The notes under the pieces are model-generated. The model worked only from the letters and a program-made list of their open reading frames with translations, made no database searches and was not told the DNA's origin. Made by a program: the position numbers and the translations under genes. Shown piece after piece: positions 1 to 20,582 of a stretch of DNA of 64,000 nucleotides. Location: assembly GCA_050613775.1 (NCBI GenBank), contig JBODTK010000112.1, positions 62,001 to 126,000 of the forward strand. The letters are read 5' to 3'. Each line of letters starts with the position of its first letter. Position 1 is the first letter of the stretch. This DNA is from Neocallimastix sp. 'constans' (Eukaryota).

Positions 1-186
1 CCCTTAATTACAAAGATGCCATATATATATCCTCAATCAAAAGAAAATAATAGTCAAATAAATTCAGTATATCGAAACCATGAAAATAATGAAAATATAT
101 CGCCCAATTTGGAGTATTACATGAACAATTCATTTAGTTCATATAGCAATGAAACTTTAAATTATAATAGAAAATTAAGTCATTAA
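1..186 (+). CDS. 3' end of an unknown protein-coding gene (truncated by window start)
   Basis: Frame 1 is open from base 1 to TAA at 184-186 (PLITKMPYIYPQSKENNSQ...NYNRKLSH*). GC is higher than in the following A/T tract. Confidence 0.5.
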   Translation, partial: PLITKMPYIYPQSKENNSQINSVYRNHENNENISPNLEYYMNNSFSSYSNETLNYNRKLSH

Positions 187-704
187 TACAAATAATAAAA
201 GAATTTTATGTACAATAATATTTAAATAATTAAAATTATAACCATTAATAAAAAAAAAATAAAAAAAAAATTTTAGAAATTAAATAGTTATTATGATAGA
301 TAATTGTTTTAATTTGTTTTTATATTTTATTTTATTTTTATTTTTTATTTTTATTCTTTTATTCATTTAGATTTTTATGCAATATAAACGTAAATAAATT
401 GTATAGTTCGATTAAAGTATTTGGTTATAATATACATATATTATAAAATGATTAATAGAGTAAAACAATGAAAATATATATATATTATATATATATATTT
501 TATAAGAAAATATTTTATTGCATATATATATTATAATAGATAGCTTAATAGTTTTAGTGTATTAATTATTAATTATTTTATAAGATAATAGAATAGATTT
601 ACATAGAAAAAAAGTAAAATAAAATAAAAAACTAATTATAGTAGTAAAAAAAAAACTAATTATTATAGTAGTACAAAAAAAAAAACAAATTAATATATAA
701 ATAT

Positions 705-758
<54 letters not shown>

Positions 759-1918
759 AAAACTACCAATAAATACAATAAATAGAAAAAAGTAAATTTT
801 TTTTTTTTATTGAGAAAAAAAGAAAAGAAATATTCATGATAGAATTTTAAGAATTAAAAAATTATATATATATATAAGTAAATTAAATGTATAAAATTAT
901 AAAATTATTATTATATTATTTTTTTAATCTATAAATAATAAATTATACAATAATATAAAAATTGTATTATATTAAATATATATTAAATTATTACCATACT
1001 ATATTAAAACTTTAAACTTTAAAAGAAATTAAATAAAATAAATAGAAACTATAATTAAAAAAACATCTTAATTTTATAGAATTTTTTATATTCAACCATG
1101 AATAAATTATTAATTGTATATATAATTAATTAAAAAAAATAATAATAATAATAATTTAAAAAAAGTTTCACATGTTTATATAAATATAAAAATAAATAAA
1201 TATAAAAAAAAAAAAAATTGAAAATAATATATAAATTTCAAATGTTTAAATAAATATAAAAATAATAAATATAATAAATAAATATAATAAATAAATATAA
1301 AACTAATATAAATAATAAATAAATGTAAAAAAAATAAAAAAAATAAAAATAAAAAATATATTTCATAAATTTAAATAAATATAAAAAAATAGAAAAAATA
1401 AAAATATTATCAAAACAACTTTATTATATTGTTTTAATGATAATCAAAAATAAAGTATAATTTTTTTTAAATATTATTTTTTTTTAAATATTTTATTGCT
1501 TTATTATATTATAATTCTTATGATATTTTTATAATTGTAATTTACTATAATTATAATATCTTTATTTAATTTTTTCATATTAGAAATTCTAAATAACTTT
1601 TCTTTATAATTATAATAAAATATATATTAAAAAAATTTTTTTCTTGAATTGCTTATTATAATAACAACTTTATTATAAATTTTTTCTTGAATTATCTATT
1701 ATAATAACAACTTATTTTATCATTTTTTAAAAAAAAAAACTAATTTAAATAATAAATATTAATCTTAATTATTTTTTATTATTTCATTTTTTTTGTGTAA
1801 CGTTTAAACTTATTAATATTCTAATTTTTTTTTTTTTTTTTAAAAAATCAATTTTTTATAAATATTAAAATTTATAAATCTTATATTACATTTTTAATTA
1901 ATAAATATTAAATTTGTA

Positions 1919-1959
<41 letters not shown>

Positions 1960-2854
1960 AAATAAAATAAAAATAAAATAAATAAAAAATTAAAAAAGAT
2001 GAAATTATATTTCTAAATAATTTTCATTATTTTTATCGTTTTCTGTTTATGTCTTTACCAAGTAATGGGTCCATAATAAAATTGATATCAATTGTATAAT
2101 ATTTTATATTATTTTATTTTACTGATTTCTCATAACGAACTAATCCTTTTTTTTTTTTTTAATTTTTCCATCTCTTTCTTAATATTTTAAATTTAATAAC
2201 ATTTAATTCACCTTGTTAAATATCGTAGTTATATACTTTATTCCATTGAACATTATATATTTCTATTTACTTGTATCATACAGTTTGATGTAAAAGTTAT
2301 AAAATAAATTAATAAATACATAATAAAATATAAATATCATTTCTGATAGAAATAAATATAAAGAAATATATTTTACTTATTGTTAAGAATATATATATAT
2401 TACTTTTTATTAAATATTTATTCATTTATTATTTATTCATTTATTCATTTATTCATTTATTCATTTATTTATTATATATAGAGATATGTAAAAATATGTA
2501 TTTCATATATTATAGGTTTAATAGATTAATATATTATTAATACTATCACTATTATTATTATTATTATTGCTATTGTTATTTTCTTTTATTTTATTTTGTT
2601 GATTATTATATATAATTTATTTTATATATATTTTTTTATATTATGATTATTATTTAATTATTATTTCGCGTATTATTACAATGATAAAAATATAGTATAT
2701 ATTTTAATTTTTATATATAATTTTATAATTATTATGTTTTATTTTAATTATCATTTCTAAAACAAAAAAAAAAAAAAAATGTTTAAATTATATATTATTT
2801 AATAACATATGTTAATTTTTTAATGAATTATAATTAATGATAGCCAAATTGGAT

Positions 2855-9641
<6,787 letters not shown>

Positions 9642-12600
9642 TTTTTATACTATTATTATACTCTTTTTTTTTAAAAAAATAATAATAATAATAATAATAA
9701 ATAAAAATAAAAATAAAATAATAAAATAATAAAAAAGAAATTATAATTTATTTCTGTGCTCTTAATTATAGAAATTTTAAATAAAATAATATTGTTGTTT
9801 TAATATGTTTTTTCCTTGAAAATTAAGTTATAAATTTGTTTTACAAGAAAGAAACAATCAAAATTAACTTTTTATATACAAATATTGTTACTTTTTTTCT
9901 TTTTATTATTATTATTTTATTAAAAACTTTAATATTACAATATTATATTTTTACATAAATTACATAAAAACATTAAACAATAAAGAAGATTTAAAAAAAA
10001 AAAAAAAAAAAAAAAGTCAAAAAAAAATTTTTTTTATTTCTTTCTAGATATATTTTTAATAAAAAAATAATTATTATATATTATCTTTTTTTAGTAATGA
10101 ATAGATTTAAATACTATTAATTTATATTTTTAATTTACAATTAATATATAGAGATTATATAAAATAAAATAAAAAATTAACTAAAATTTTAAATTATAAA
10201 AAAAAAACGTTTAATTTGTAAAAATAAAATTTTTAATGAGTTTTTATAAAATAAAAATAAAATCAATGAATAAAAACTTTAATAGTAAGGTAATAATTAA
10301 TATTTATTAATATATTATCACTTTAATCTTTTATTAAATGATATATAAATCATTTTAACAATCCATCTAATAAAAATTTATATTAATTAAAATATTTTTT
10401 ATTTTTTTAAATTTTTTTAATTAAACTTTGAAATAAATTTAATATTAAAAAATTTAATTGAATTTTATATATTGCAATAAATTGTAATATATATTAAGTA
10501 TTTAATCTTTATGAAGATAGATTGCTTTAATTTTATTTTTCCTTTTTTTTTTTTTTTTAAACTTTTTGGTTTTTAGAGAAATATGAGTCGATTTGAAGCA
10601 CCTCCGAGAAATAAAATAAACATATTCTTAATAATAAAAATATTATACATAGCAAATAAATTACTCAAATATATAAAAAATATATATATTTATACATATT
10701 ATAATTTATAATAATGATTTATTTAGAAATACGATTAATTAATTATAAGATTTAATACTTTATTATATTTTAATTACTTAATATATAGAATTTGTTTTTC
10801 TTTTATTTATTTTATTAATTATTAAATAATAATACCTATACCTATATATTTGTTTTAAATGGTTATTAAGCAAATAATAATAAATTGAATATAATAAATA
10901 TTTTGCTCATCATTTATTTCAATAAATTTACGTAATTCAAAATTTATAATTTAAAATAAATACCTGATGTCACAATTAAATAATTAATTTTTATTTAATT
11001 AATTAAATAAAAAGATAATAAAATTAAACAGTTTAATTGAATTAATTTAATTTGTTTTTTTTTTTATTTCTTTTTCTTTTTCAAAAAAAATTTTTTTTAT
11101 TCATTTATTAAAATTTTTTTATTCATTTATTCATTTTTGTAATGCATATTTAAATTATCCATAAGACATAGAAATAATTGATTTTACTAACTATTTTACT
11201 TAAATAGCATTTAATCATAATCAATGAAATGTTCATAATGAAAAAAATGAAATAATTATTTTCATATTCATTTATTTTTATTTTTATTTTTTTTATTATT
11301 ATTATTTTAATTTAGAGATTAGATATTTAACATAAATGTTGTTTAAATATAATGTAATAATAATATTTAAACAAAATTTATGTTAAACAAATTTATTTTA
11401 TATAAATAATATTGTGTAATGTATTTTTTTGGTTATGTTACATTTCGTTTTTATGTATATATGTTAATTAAAAATAATAATTATAATATATCTAATAGTA
11501 AGAAATAATAAAAAATGTATTATAATTATAATTAGATTTAAAAATAATAATAATAATAATAATAATAATAGTAGTAGTAGTAGTAATAAAATTAATAATA
11601 ATAAAAATGGTAATAACAGAATTAATAACAAAATTAAAAATGTTATAAAACATCATTAATACAATTTAAAAAAAAAAAAAAAAAAATTATATGCTTATAT
11701 TTACAAATAAAGTAAAAATTTTAATTACATTTTATTTTTACCTATTAAATAATTTAATTTTAAATTTAAAAATTTAAAAATTATTTGTCATACCTTTTCC
11801 CTTTTTTTATTATGTTCTTATTATTTCATTGCAATATATTAAATTACATTTTATTAAAAAAATAAAAAAATTTTTTTAAAATATTTTATTTTTTAAAAAC
11901 TTTTACATTTAATATATCTATATTTATTAATATAGAAATTTAATATACAGTAATATTATAGATATATCTATTTATCAAATTTATATATATCATACAAATA
12001 TATGTATTATAAAAATATATATGTCTATATATAAGCTAATAGTTTTTTAATTATTTATTTTTATATATTTATTTATATAATTATAAAAACCTTTTTATAT
12101 AGTTAAGTAATTAATTAATAAATAAATCTTTTATATACTTTTTTATTGTGATTAGTTTTCAATTGATATTATTCCTATAATAGAATTAAAAATATAATAA
12201 ACACAAATATATATATATTAAATTTTAGCTTAAGTGTATTGGTATTATATAAAAAAAAAAAAAAAAAAAGTATGCTTTAAATAAGCACAAATATAAAAAA
12301 AAAAAAAAAAAAAGAAAGGAAAAAAACAATATTAATAATTAAGGTTTAATTTTATTATCAAAATACATTGAAAATTTTTATAACAATTTTCATAAAAAAA
12401 AAAAAAAAATTGCTTGAAATTAGCAAAAAAAAATATATATATATATATATATATTACCATAACTAAAATTAACAATTATAATAATTCCAATTGACAAGTT
12501 GAAAAAATAATAAAAATAAAAATTAAATATTAGAGTATATATAACTTTTTGCAATTAATTATTTATTTATTTATTTATTTAATATTTATTTATATGATTT

Positions 12601-13046
12601 AAGAATAGAGAATAATTAATAATTGAAAGATAAATTATATATATTTGTTATTTGTTGGTTTTTTATAATAAATTTATAATGAAATTTAAAAAGTATTACT
12701 TTACAAAAACAAAAATAAAATAAAATAAAGTAAAAATAAAATACAATAAAAAATTAAATTATTAAAGATTACATTATATATATATAATAAATTCTTCTTA
12801 ATATTACATAAGAGTACTATAATAACATTATTATATGAATATAAATAATATAAATTAATTATGAATTATAAATTTTATTTTTAATAACTTTCAATTTATG
12901 ATAATAATAAAGAAAACCTTTACTTTTCAATATACTTTTTATGTTTTTTTATTAATTTTGTTTCGTTTTAATATAGTATTATCTATAAAATTATATTGTT
13001 TTATTATAATAAATATAAAAAATTTTGATTAAAATTTATTAAAAAA

Positions 13047-13889
13047 TTAATCTAATTTACTAAAAGCAATTGTTAAAAAATTATAAAATCCTGAAGTAAT
13101 AGCTTTATAATCATGGTCTGCCTCAGGAATTTCAAACCAAATATGTTTTTGATTATTCTTTGTCAAAATTTGGTGATAACTTCTTGGAAAGTTACCGACT
13201 ACAGTATCTTTAGTACCACAACAAATTAAAGAAACGATAAGTGGTGTATTTGCACGAAATTCGTCTTTACTAAATAGACCTTCATGAACTCCATTATAGT
13301 CTTTTCCAGGGACAACGCCGGGTGCTGGAGAAAAAGCACCAACATAACCAAATAAATCTGGTCTCTTATAACCAATATATAAACTATTACGACCACCCAT
13401 TGAAAACCCAGCAATTGCTGTATTTTCTCTACCCACTGCTACAGCATAATTTGATTCCATGTATGGCATAATATCATTAATTAAATCATAAATAAAATTA
13501 TCATAGCCATCAAAATATTCTTTACAGACTGTAGCCATAACCCTTTTCCCTTCTTCAGGTGCATATTCATTTGGGAAAACAATAATTATTTCTTTTATCA
13601 ATTCATCATCAATTAAATTTGTAACAATATTAATTAATCCTAAATCCTCATCTATTAATGAATCCTCATCACCAAAAAGACCGTGTAATAAATATAAAAC
13701 TGGATATTTTTTATTTTTATTATAATTTTTTGGAAGAATAATATTTAAAGGACGATTAGAATTTGTTGTTTTTGAATAATAGGTTACCTTAATAGGTGAC
13801 GGATACTCAATATTTTCATATTCATATAAAAATTCTGAAGGACAAGTTTCATGGATTTTAAATTTATTATTTGTATCAATAAAATTCAT
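13047..13889 (-). CDS. Intronless CE1 / feruloyl-esterase-like alpha/beta hydrolase (putative esterase family)
   Basis: 280-aa ORF with KKYPVLYLLHG, nucleophile elbow AIAGFSMGG, candidate Asp (CGTKD) and His (ADHDY). No signal peptide or dockerin visible. Confidence 0.9.
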   Translation of the reverse strand: MNFIDTNNKFKIHETCPSEFLYEYENIEYPSPIKVTYYSKTTNSNRPLNIILPKNYNKNKKYPVLYLLHGLFGDEDSLIDEDLGLINIVTNLIDDELIKEIIIVFPNEYAPEEGKRVMATVCKEYFDGYDNFIYDLINDIMPYMESNYAVAVGRENTAIAGFSMGGRNSLYIGYKRPDLFGYVGAFSPAPGVVPGKDYNGVHEGLFSKDEFRANTPLIVSLICCGTKDTVVGNFPRSYHQILTKNNQKHIWFEIPEADHDYKAITSGFYNFLTIAFSKLD

Positions 13890-14408
13890 TATAATAATTC
13901 TATTCTTCTAATCATTTTATATTTCATTATACATATATATATATATTTAATATTGAAAAGAAAAAATGATTATACATTAATTTCTTTTTTTTATTATTGC
14001 TATATTTATATATATCACTTAGAGATATTCATCAACTTTTAACAAAAAGAATTTATTATCGATAGATAATAATTAATAAAATTGTTCATTTACAAAACTT
14101 TAATTCCTTTAATTATTTTTTTTTTTTCTTTCATACAAATAATTTTTATTCAAAAATTATCTCTTTTAAAATAATAATACATTATAGTTTAATTAGAATA
14201 TAAAAATTACCTAAATACTTTGAAATCTAAACTATTTTTTTTAAAAAAAAAATGATATAAATATAAATATATACAATTTTTTTATTTTCCTCTTTTTTTT
14301 TTTTTTAAACAAAAAAAAAAAAATAATAACCTTTTAAAATTTATTATGAAAAAAAAAAGTTGAAAAAATAGGAAAGTTGTATTTTACCAAGTGGCGTATT
14401 ATTAAAAT

Positions 14409-14602
14409 GTTGCATTTCCTCAAATTGAATATCGACAGGTTTCATTTTGATAGGTAACGTATTGATATAAATAAATGAATGAATAAATAAATAAAAATTC
14501 AAAATAATTTTTTTTATTATATTTAATAATTAATTATTATATTTAATTTTATTTATTTATTTAATAATTTTCAATTTGGCGAAATGCAACCTGGCGAAAT
14601 GT
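14409..14602. mobile_element. MITE-like relic with imperfect terminal inverted repeats
   Basis: GTTGCATTTCCTCAAATTGAA (14409-14429) and TTCAATTTGGCGAAATGCAAC (14570-14590) are 19/21 complementary. GGCGAAATG is repeated twice in the right arm and the interior is AT-rich. No clear TSD. Confidence 0.4.
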
Positions 14603-14854
14603 CCTGAATAATATTTTTATTATTATAATAAACAGTAATTAAAATAAAATATATTACACTTCATTCATTTATTAACAGTAATATAATTTTCATTTATTAA
14701 TCATTCCCTTTTTTGTTTAATTATTATAATATTAATATTCTACATAATTTATGTTTTATTCTAAAATATATTTATATATATAATTTTAAGATTTTATAAT
14801 TATAATTTAGTATTTAATATTATCTATAAATTTTATATTAATAAGAGTTAAAAA

Positions 14855-14891
<37 letters not shown>

Positions 14892-15009
14892 TAATAATAA
14901 TAATAATAATAATAATCTTTTTTTTATTTTATTTATGAATCTTGTCAAGTCCTGAAGGTAAGAATTTTTTTTTTTTTTTTCATTCAAAACAAAGTAATAT
15001 TTATTTTAT

Positions 15010-16330
15010 TTTTAAAGTGACCCGATGGTGTCAAATTCCACTCTAACAAATGGGACTTCTATTACAATTAGATTGGACACGATATATTCTGATAAGGATT
15101 GTCTTTTCTAGATTTATCATGTGAAGCATATGAATATATATATCTTTGTGTCTTCTTTCATTCTTGTCCAATAATAATTTTTCCTTATTAGAATATATAT
15201 TTTAAAAATACCATTATGATCTATTACGATCATTTGCAATTAGCTCAATTTTTTCTTAGTACCTATCATATTTTTTTCATAATCCTTCCATGTCCTTGAA
15301 AAAAAAAATTTTATATTTTATCTATTTTTCTGTCAATGCCTTCAGTTGAATTTTCACCTAAATAAAAATGAAACTTTAGGCATCTATGATAGAGCATCTA
15401 CAATGACAGTTTTTCCCTCCATATATTATTTCAATATTTAGTGAGCAGATTTCTTCACACTATTTTGTAATTATCTACTATTATTAGATTCATGGTTTGT
15501 GGTCAATAATGACTATTTATCAGAATGAGATTTTCTTTTATGTACTGTTTAGATTTCAAAGAGCAATAACTGGAGAATATTCTACCAGATATTTAATATC
15601 CTCTTATAGTTAAAAAAAAAAAAAAAAGAAAAGAAAAAAAAAAAACATCCTATTTCATTTTTTGAAGTGAAGAACAAAAAAATGGAGAATAAATTAGTTT
15701 CCTTCTTAAGCTCTTAGAATGTAATCTTCATGTTCTTTTTTAACCTGTGAACCAGAAAAGTATATAATTCATAAATGTTGGTTGTACCTTTTCATTGTCT
15801 GACGGCATGTATTTTTACTATTAAAAAGACTACGTAAATAAATAATAAACATCCGATGGGACAAATAATTCTATTTCTGTTTGAATGAAAGAGCGTTTCT
15901 TGATATTCATTTTCACCATATGTTTCTTAAATAACTCTAAAGCAATCAATCCAAAAGGAATCATTCTAAATTGATAATTACCAAAATTTAAAGTAAAATA
16001 CTGATAACCCTAATACACTCTTTATTCATTAGTATCTATGGATAGACAAAATACAAGTCAAGAGAAGAAAATATTTTATAAATAATAATGATTAAGGTAG
16101 GGAGTTAGAATTCTCAACTATTACATCATTAATACTATGATTGTCAATGTACATACAACATTTATTTTTTTTATTAAGCTCAAAAACATTGGGGATAAAC
16201 ATTTAAAATAAGAGAGTTTCCTTTTAATCCTTTTTTCCAATCAATTTGGTTAACTCATCTTTGAAAATAATCAAATTTAGCTTAGACTAGCAATAGACTC
16301 AACTTTTTATTGGCTTTACTACGACTTTTA
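15010..16330 (-). mobile_element. Degenerate Ty3/Gypsy pol relic (RT - RNase H - start of integrase)
   Basis: Broken motifs in the expected order on the minus strand: CMYIDNHSINDVIVENSNSLP (~RMCIDYRxLNxxTxxxxYPLP), KIFSSLDL, FGNYQFRMIPFGL, KMNIKKRSF (~KLNxxKCxF), VIIDHKP (~TDHKP), VIVDALS* (~ADALSR). Many stops and frameshifts. Confidence 0.85.
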
Positions 16331-16837
16331 GATTAATTTAAAAACTCTTTAATTATTATGAAAAGATACATACAAAACATCAATGAGATAATATCAAGAT
16401 ATCTTTGCATTGAATATTTAAGATAGTATCTATGATATTATTGATAGACATATATGAAAATTAATTACGAATATATATGAAATTTACATTAATTTACTAT
16501 TACTATTATTTAATTACTATTATTATAAATTCTATCATTACTATTATTGTTAGAATATGTGAAATGTATAAAAATAAGCTTCGAATGTATTGAAACATAT
16601 TGTAATATAAATAATGTATAAGCCAAAATGTTCTAATATAAAAGAATTTAATTTAGAATAATTAAGTGCTAGAAACTCTTTCTCATAAAATATATTAATA
16701 AAATTGACATAATTATAAACCATAAATTCCTGACTCTTAACAATTATAATTATATTATTCATTATTCATTATTATTATTATATTATTATTATTATTATTA
16801 TTATTATTCTTTATTCATTATTCTTTATTTATTTATT

Positions 16838-16902
<65 letters not shown>

Positions 16903-17007
16903 TTATTCATTATTCATTATTCATTATTCATCATTCATCATTTATTATTATTATTATCATTATTATTATTATTATTATCCATTATTCTTTATTATTATCC
17001 ATTATTC

Positions 17008-17040
<33 letters not shown>

Positions 17041-17168
17041 TATTGTTAAGACTTTTATTATTATGATGATGATTCATTATTATACAAAGACATCTTTAAT
17101 ATATAGGAACCAATTTAAGTTATTATAAGTTAGTTTCATTATATTATATGGAATAAGACATGAAATAA

Positions 17169-17202
<34 letters not shown>

Positions 17203-17709
17203 AGACTAGGAAGAGAATACATTTCCAGTGCTTTATTAAAAGAGATGATTTAATTTTTATGTATTACATTTTAAAAAAAAAAATACATTATATAATTTAA
17301 AGATAAAAATAAAATGTATGTAAAAGAATAAGTAAAATTAAAATGATTAAAATAAAAAAAAAAAAATAAAAAAAAAAATAAAAAAATTTAATTAATCATA
17401 GAAATTTTAATGTAATAAAAAATAAAAATAAGTTCAAAAGTTAAAAAAAAAAATTAAGTGTGTGTGAAGTATAATATGTGTAGTAACATGATCACTAGTT
17501 AAATCTAAAATAATAAAACAAAGAAGTAACATCTTTAAAATAGATAGGGTATTATCCACTAAACTCTCCCCTGAACCATAAGAAAGAGTATCAAAAATTG
17601 AATTACTTACTATAGGTTCGAAACTTTACTGTTAGTAAATGTGTATTTATGAAAATAATTTAAAAGTATACTTAGAAAAAAATATATATATATTAATTGA
17701 AACAATAAT

Positions 17710-18437
17710 AAGACTTTTCATGGATATGATAATAATGCATCTTTTTTTTTTTTTTTATTGTTTTTTATTATTATTATTATTCTATCTTTAAAATTTTAAA
17801 TAATATTATTAATAAATAAAAATTATTGTTATCCATTATAAATAAACTTAATATTAAGAATTTTTCAGAGTTTACATATATATATATATTATTATTTACT
17901 TTATTATTCCTTTTTATCATTTTTTATCATTTTATTCTTATTTAACTAGCATTTAGTTTATTCAATATATATATATAAATATATCTTTTTTCTCTTTATA
18001 TATTTTTTTTAAAATAAAATATTTAAATTATTTATTCTATATATATATATATATTAAGTGAAATAATAATAAAAGACTTTGTATATATATGTTAATAATG
18101 TATTTTTTTTTTATTATTATTATTACTATTTCATCTTAAAAATTTTAAATAATATTATTAATATTATTAATAATTAAAAATTATTGTTATCCATTATAAA
18201 TAAACTTAATATTAAGAAAATTTCAGAGTATATATATATATATTATTATTTTTTATTTTATTTGATGATCAAGCCATATTATTCATTTATTTTTATTTTT
18301 ATATTTTATTATTATTTTTTTTATCTTTTTTTTATTGTTTTATTCTTATTTAACTAACATTTAGTTTATTCAATATATATATATATCTTTTTTCTCTTTT
18401 TATATTTTTTTTAAAATAAAATATTTAAATTATTTAT
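17710..18437. repeat. Diverged tandem duplication, two copies of about 330-365 bp
   Basis: Shared blocks such as AATTATTGTTATCCATTATAAATAAACTTAATATTAAGAA and CATTTAGTTTATTCAATATAT occur at ~17820/18180 and ~17950/18358. Confidence 0.85.
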
Positions 18438-19613
18438 TAAATAAAAACTTTTTAAATGATTTTACGTTTATTCGAATCATTACTGTTAATTTTTTTTTTT
18501 TTTTTAGTTTAGTTTCTTATGTTCCTATTTCTTTTATTTCTTTTATTTATATATATATATATATATATCTTTTATCTTATCCTTTCTTTTTTTTTTTTTT
18601 TATTTTATTTATCTATTTGTTTAAGATAATTAATATTTTTAATAATATAAACTTACATAAAAATAAATATATATATATAAAATCTTTAATTTTCTTAATA
18701 TGGAGTTATTTAATTAAAATTTTATTATTTATTATATTGAATATTAATAAAATATATATATTAAAATGTATTAAAATTTCTTTTAAATTTATCAAGAAAT
18801 TTTAAATTATTTTAAATTATTATTTTTATAATTAAATAAAATAATAATAAATAAATAAAATTACTAATAAAAAAGATTAATGAATTAATGCATATAATAA
18901 AAAAAATATTAGAATAAATAATATTTAATGAATATAGATATATAGTTTTTTAAAAAAAAAAAGCATATATGACTATTATATAAAATTTGGGATATTGGTT
19001 GTTCTAAAAAAAAAAAAAAAAAAATAGATTCCTCTAAATTACATTTTTATTATTAAAGAACTAAGTGAATTTATTATCGTTTTATAATTTACTTTTTTTA
19101 AAAAAAAAAATTGATTCAGGTATAATAATTCTTTGTTTTTAAAATTTTTTAGATATATTTTATAACCTTATCACTTTATAATTTTCTTATTTTATTCATT
19201 GACAAATTGGTATAAATATTACGGTATATTAATTATTCTTTTTTATTATTATTACGATTATTATTATTATTATTATTAGTATTTATAAAATTTAAATAAT
19301 CAATTTGTCATATAAATAAAAATATAAATATTTTTTTTTCAAAATTTTGTGTACGTTTCAAAAGCAATGACTATTGTTATTAATATGATATTATATTAAT
19401 TTTATGATAAATCATAATTTCAAAGTAAAAAAAAAAAAAGGAAAAAAAATTAAAAGTTAAATATATTTTATATTAATAATGAATTAAAAAGATAGTATAT
19501 TATTTCTTCAGGGAAACATAATTAACTTTTTTTTCTTCCTCTTCTTCTTATTATTATATTTATCATAAAATTTTTTATATTAATATTATTTTTTTGTTGT
19601 TGTTGTTTCATTA

Positions 19614-20582
19614 TTAATTATAAATCTTAATTTCATTGGCATTACTTTGCTTTTTTTTATTTAAAAAATATTTACAAAATTCATAGGCTGTCCAACTAAT
19701 AGCAGTTGAAGGCATATTATATAACATTCTTGGTACCATACCTTTAGTAAAACCAATAAGACCATTTCTTCTATATATGATCTTAGATGCTTGCCATAAA
19801 CCATTAGCATTTACAATCGCTGAATCAGCTGACGTACCACGAAGTTGAAGTAACGTTTTTGAAACATCTAATGGATTAGTAATGATAGAAGCGATACCAC
19901 CAGCCATAGCTCCAGCAATAATATGTGATTTTGGATCATACTTTCCGGTTGGATTTAACTTCTTACGATAATATTCATATATTATAAAATGAATAGAATT
20001 AAATGGAATATTCATTAAAAGAGTTGTTGGATAAGATACATAAAAGGCACCAATTCCTTCTTTACGTAAGATATTTAATCCACAATTGACCATACCTTTA
20101 GAACTTTGAACTTGCATTCTTTGTTTAATAACATCAAATGGATTTAAAACAGCTTCACTTAATACAGTTGCAATAGCACCAGCAGTTGCTTCTTTTACAT
20201 GACTTTTACCCTCATCAATATTCATTTTATGTTTAAAATATTCATAGCTACCATAATATACAGCATGTGCTGGACCAGCACCCATAAACATAGAACCAAC
20301 ACCTTTCCATAATCCCTTTAAACTATAAATACTTTTAGTACTAGCAGTAGTTCCATCCGTTATCATTTGTAATCTTGTCTTAATACTATCAACTGGAAAC
20401 ATTACACAATGTTCTGCAATACCTGCTAAAGTACCAGCACCAGCATTAACTAAGAATGATTGAGAAGGTAGTGATTCATAGTCTTGTTCAGTTGTTTTTT
20501 CAACTAAATTTTCCTTTTCATATGTTTTAATATTTGTAGAAGTGATTGGTTCTTCAGAATTTCTAAAAATTGATTTCAACAT
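19614..20582 (-). CDS. MRS3: Mitochondrial-carrier-family iron transporter (mitoferrin, Mrs3/Mrs4-like)
   Basis: Intronless 322-aa ORF with three Px[DE]xx[KR] signatures (PVDSIKTRLQ, PFDVIKQRMQ, PLDVSKTLLQ). Mitoferrin-type motifs are DYESLP, AGIAEHCVMFP, GAGPAHAVYY, FYVSYPTTLLMNIPF and MPSTAISWTAYE. Confidence 0.92.
   Translation of the reverse strand: MLKSIFRNSEEPITSTNIKTYEKENLVEKTTEQDYESLPSQSFLVNAGAGTLAGIAEHCVMFPVDSIKTRLQMITDGTTASTKSIYSLKGLWKGVGSMFMGAGPAHAVYYGSYEYFKHKMNIDEGKSHVKEATAGAIATVLSEAVLNPFDVIKQRMQVQSSKGMVNCGLNILRKEGIGAFYVSYPTTLLMNIPFNSIHFIIYEYYRKKLNPTGKYDPKSHIIAGAMAGGIASIITNPLDVSKTLLQLRGTSADSAIVNANGLWQASKIIYRRNGLIGFTKGMVPRMLYNMPSTAISWTAYEFCKYFLNKKKQSNANEIKIYN

Noticed and set aside
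2040..2300. Slightly GC-richer stretch with a YYGP-like reading on the minus strand (integrase tail?)
   Set aside because: Too degraded, with only one short motif.
17455..17635. Possible Helitron 3' end (CACTAGT) and B-box-like GGTTCGAAAC
   Set aside because: No convincing subterminal hairpin and no tRNA cloverleaf.
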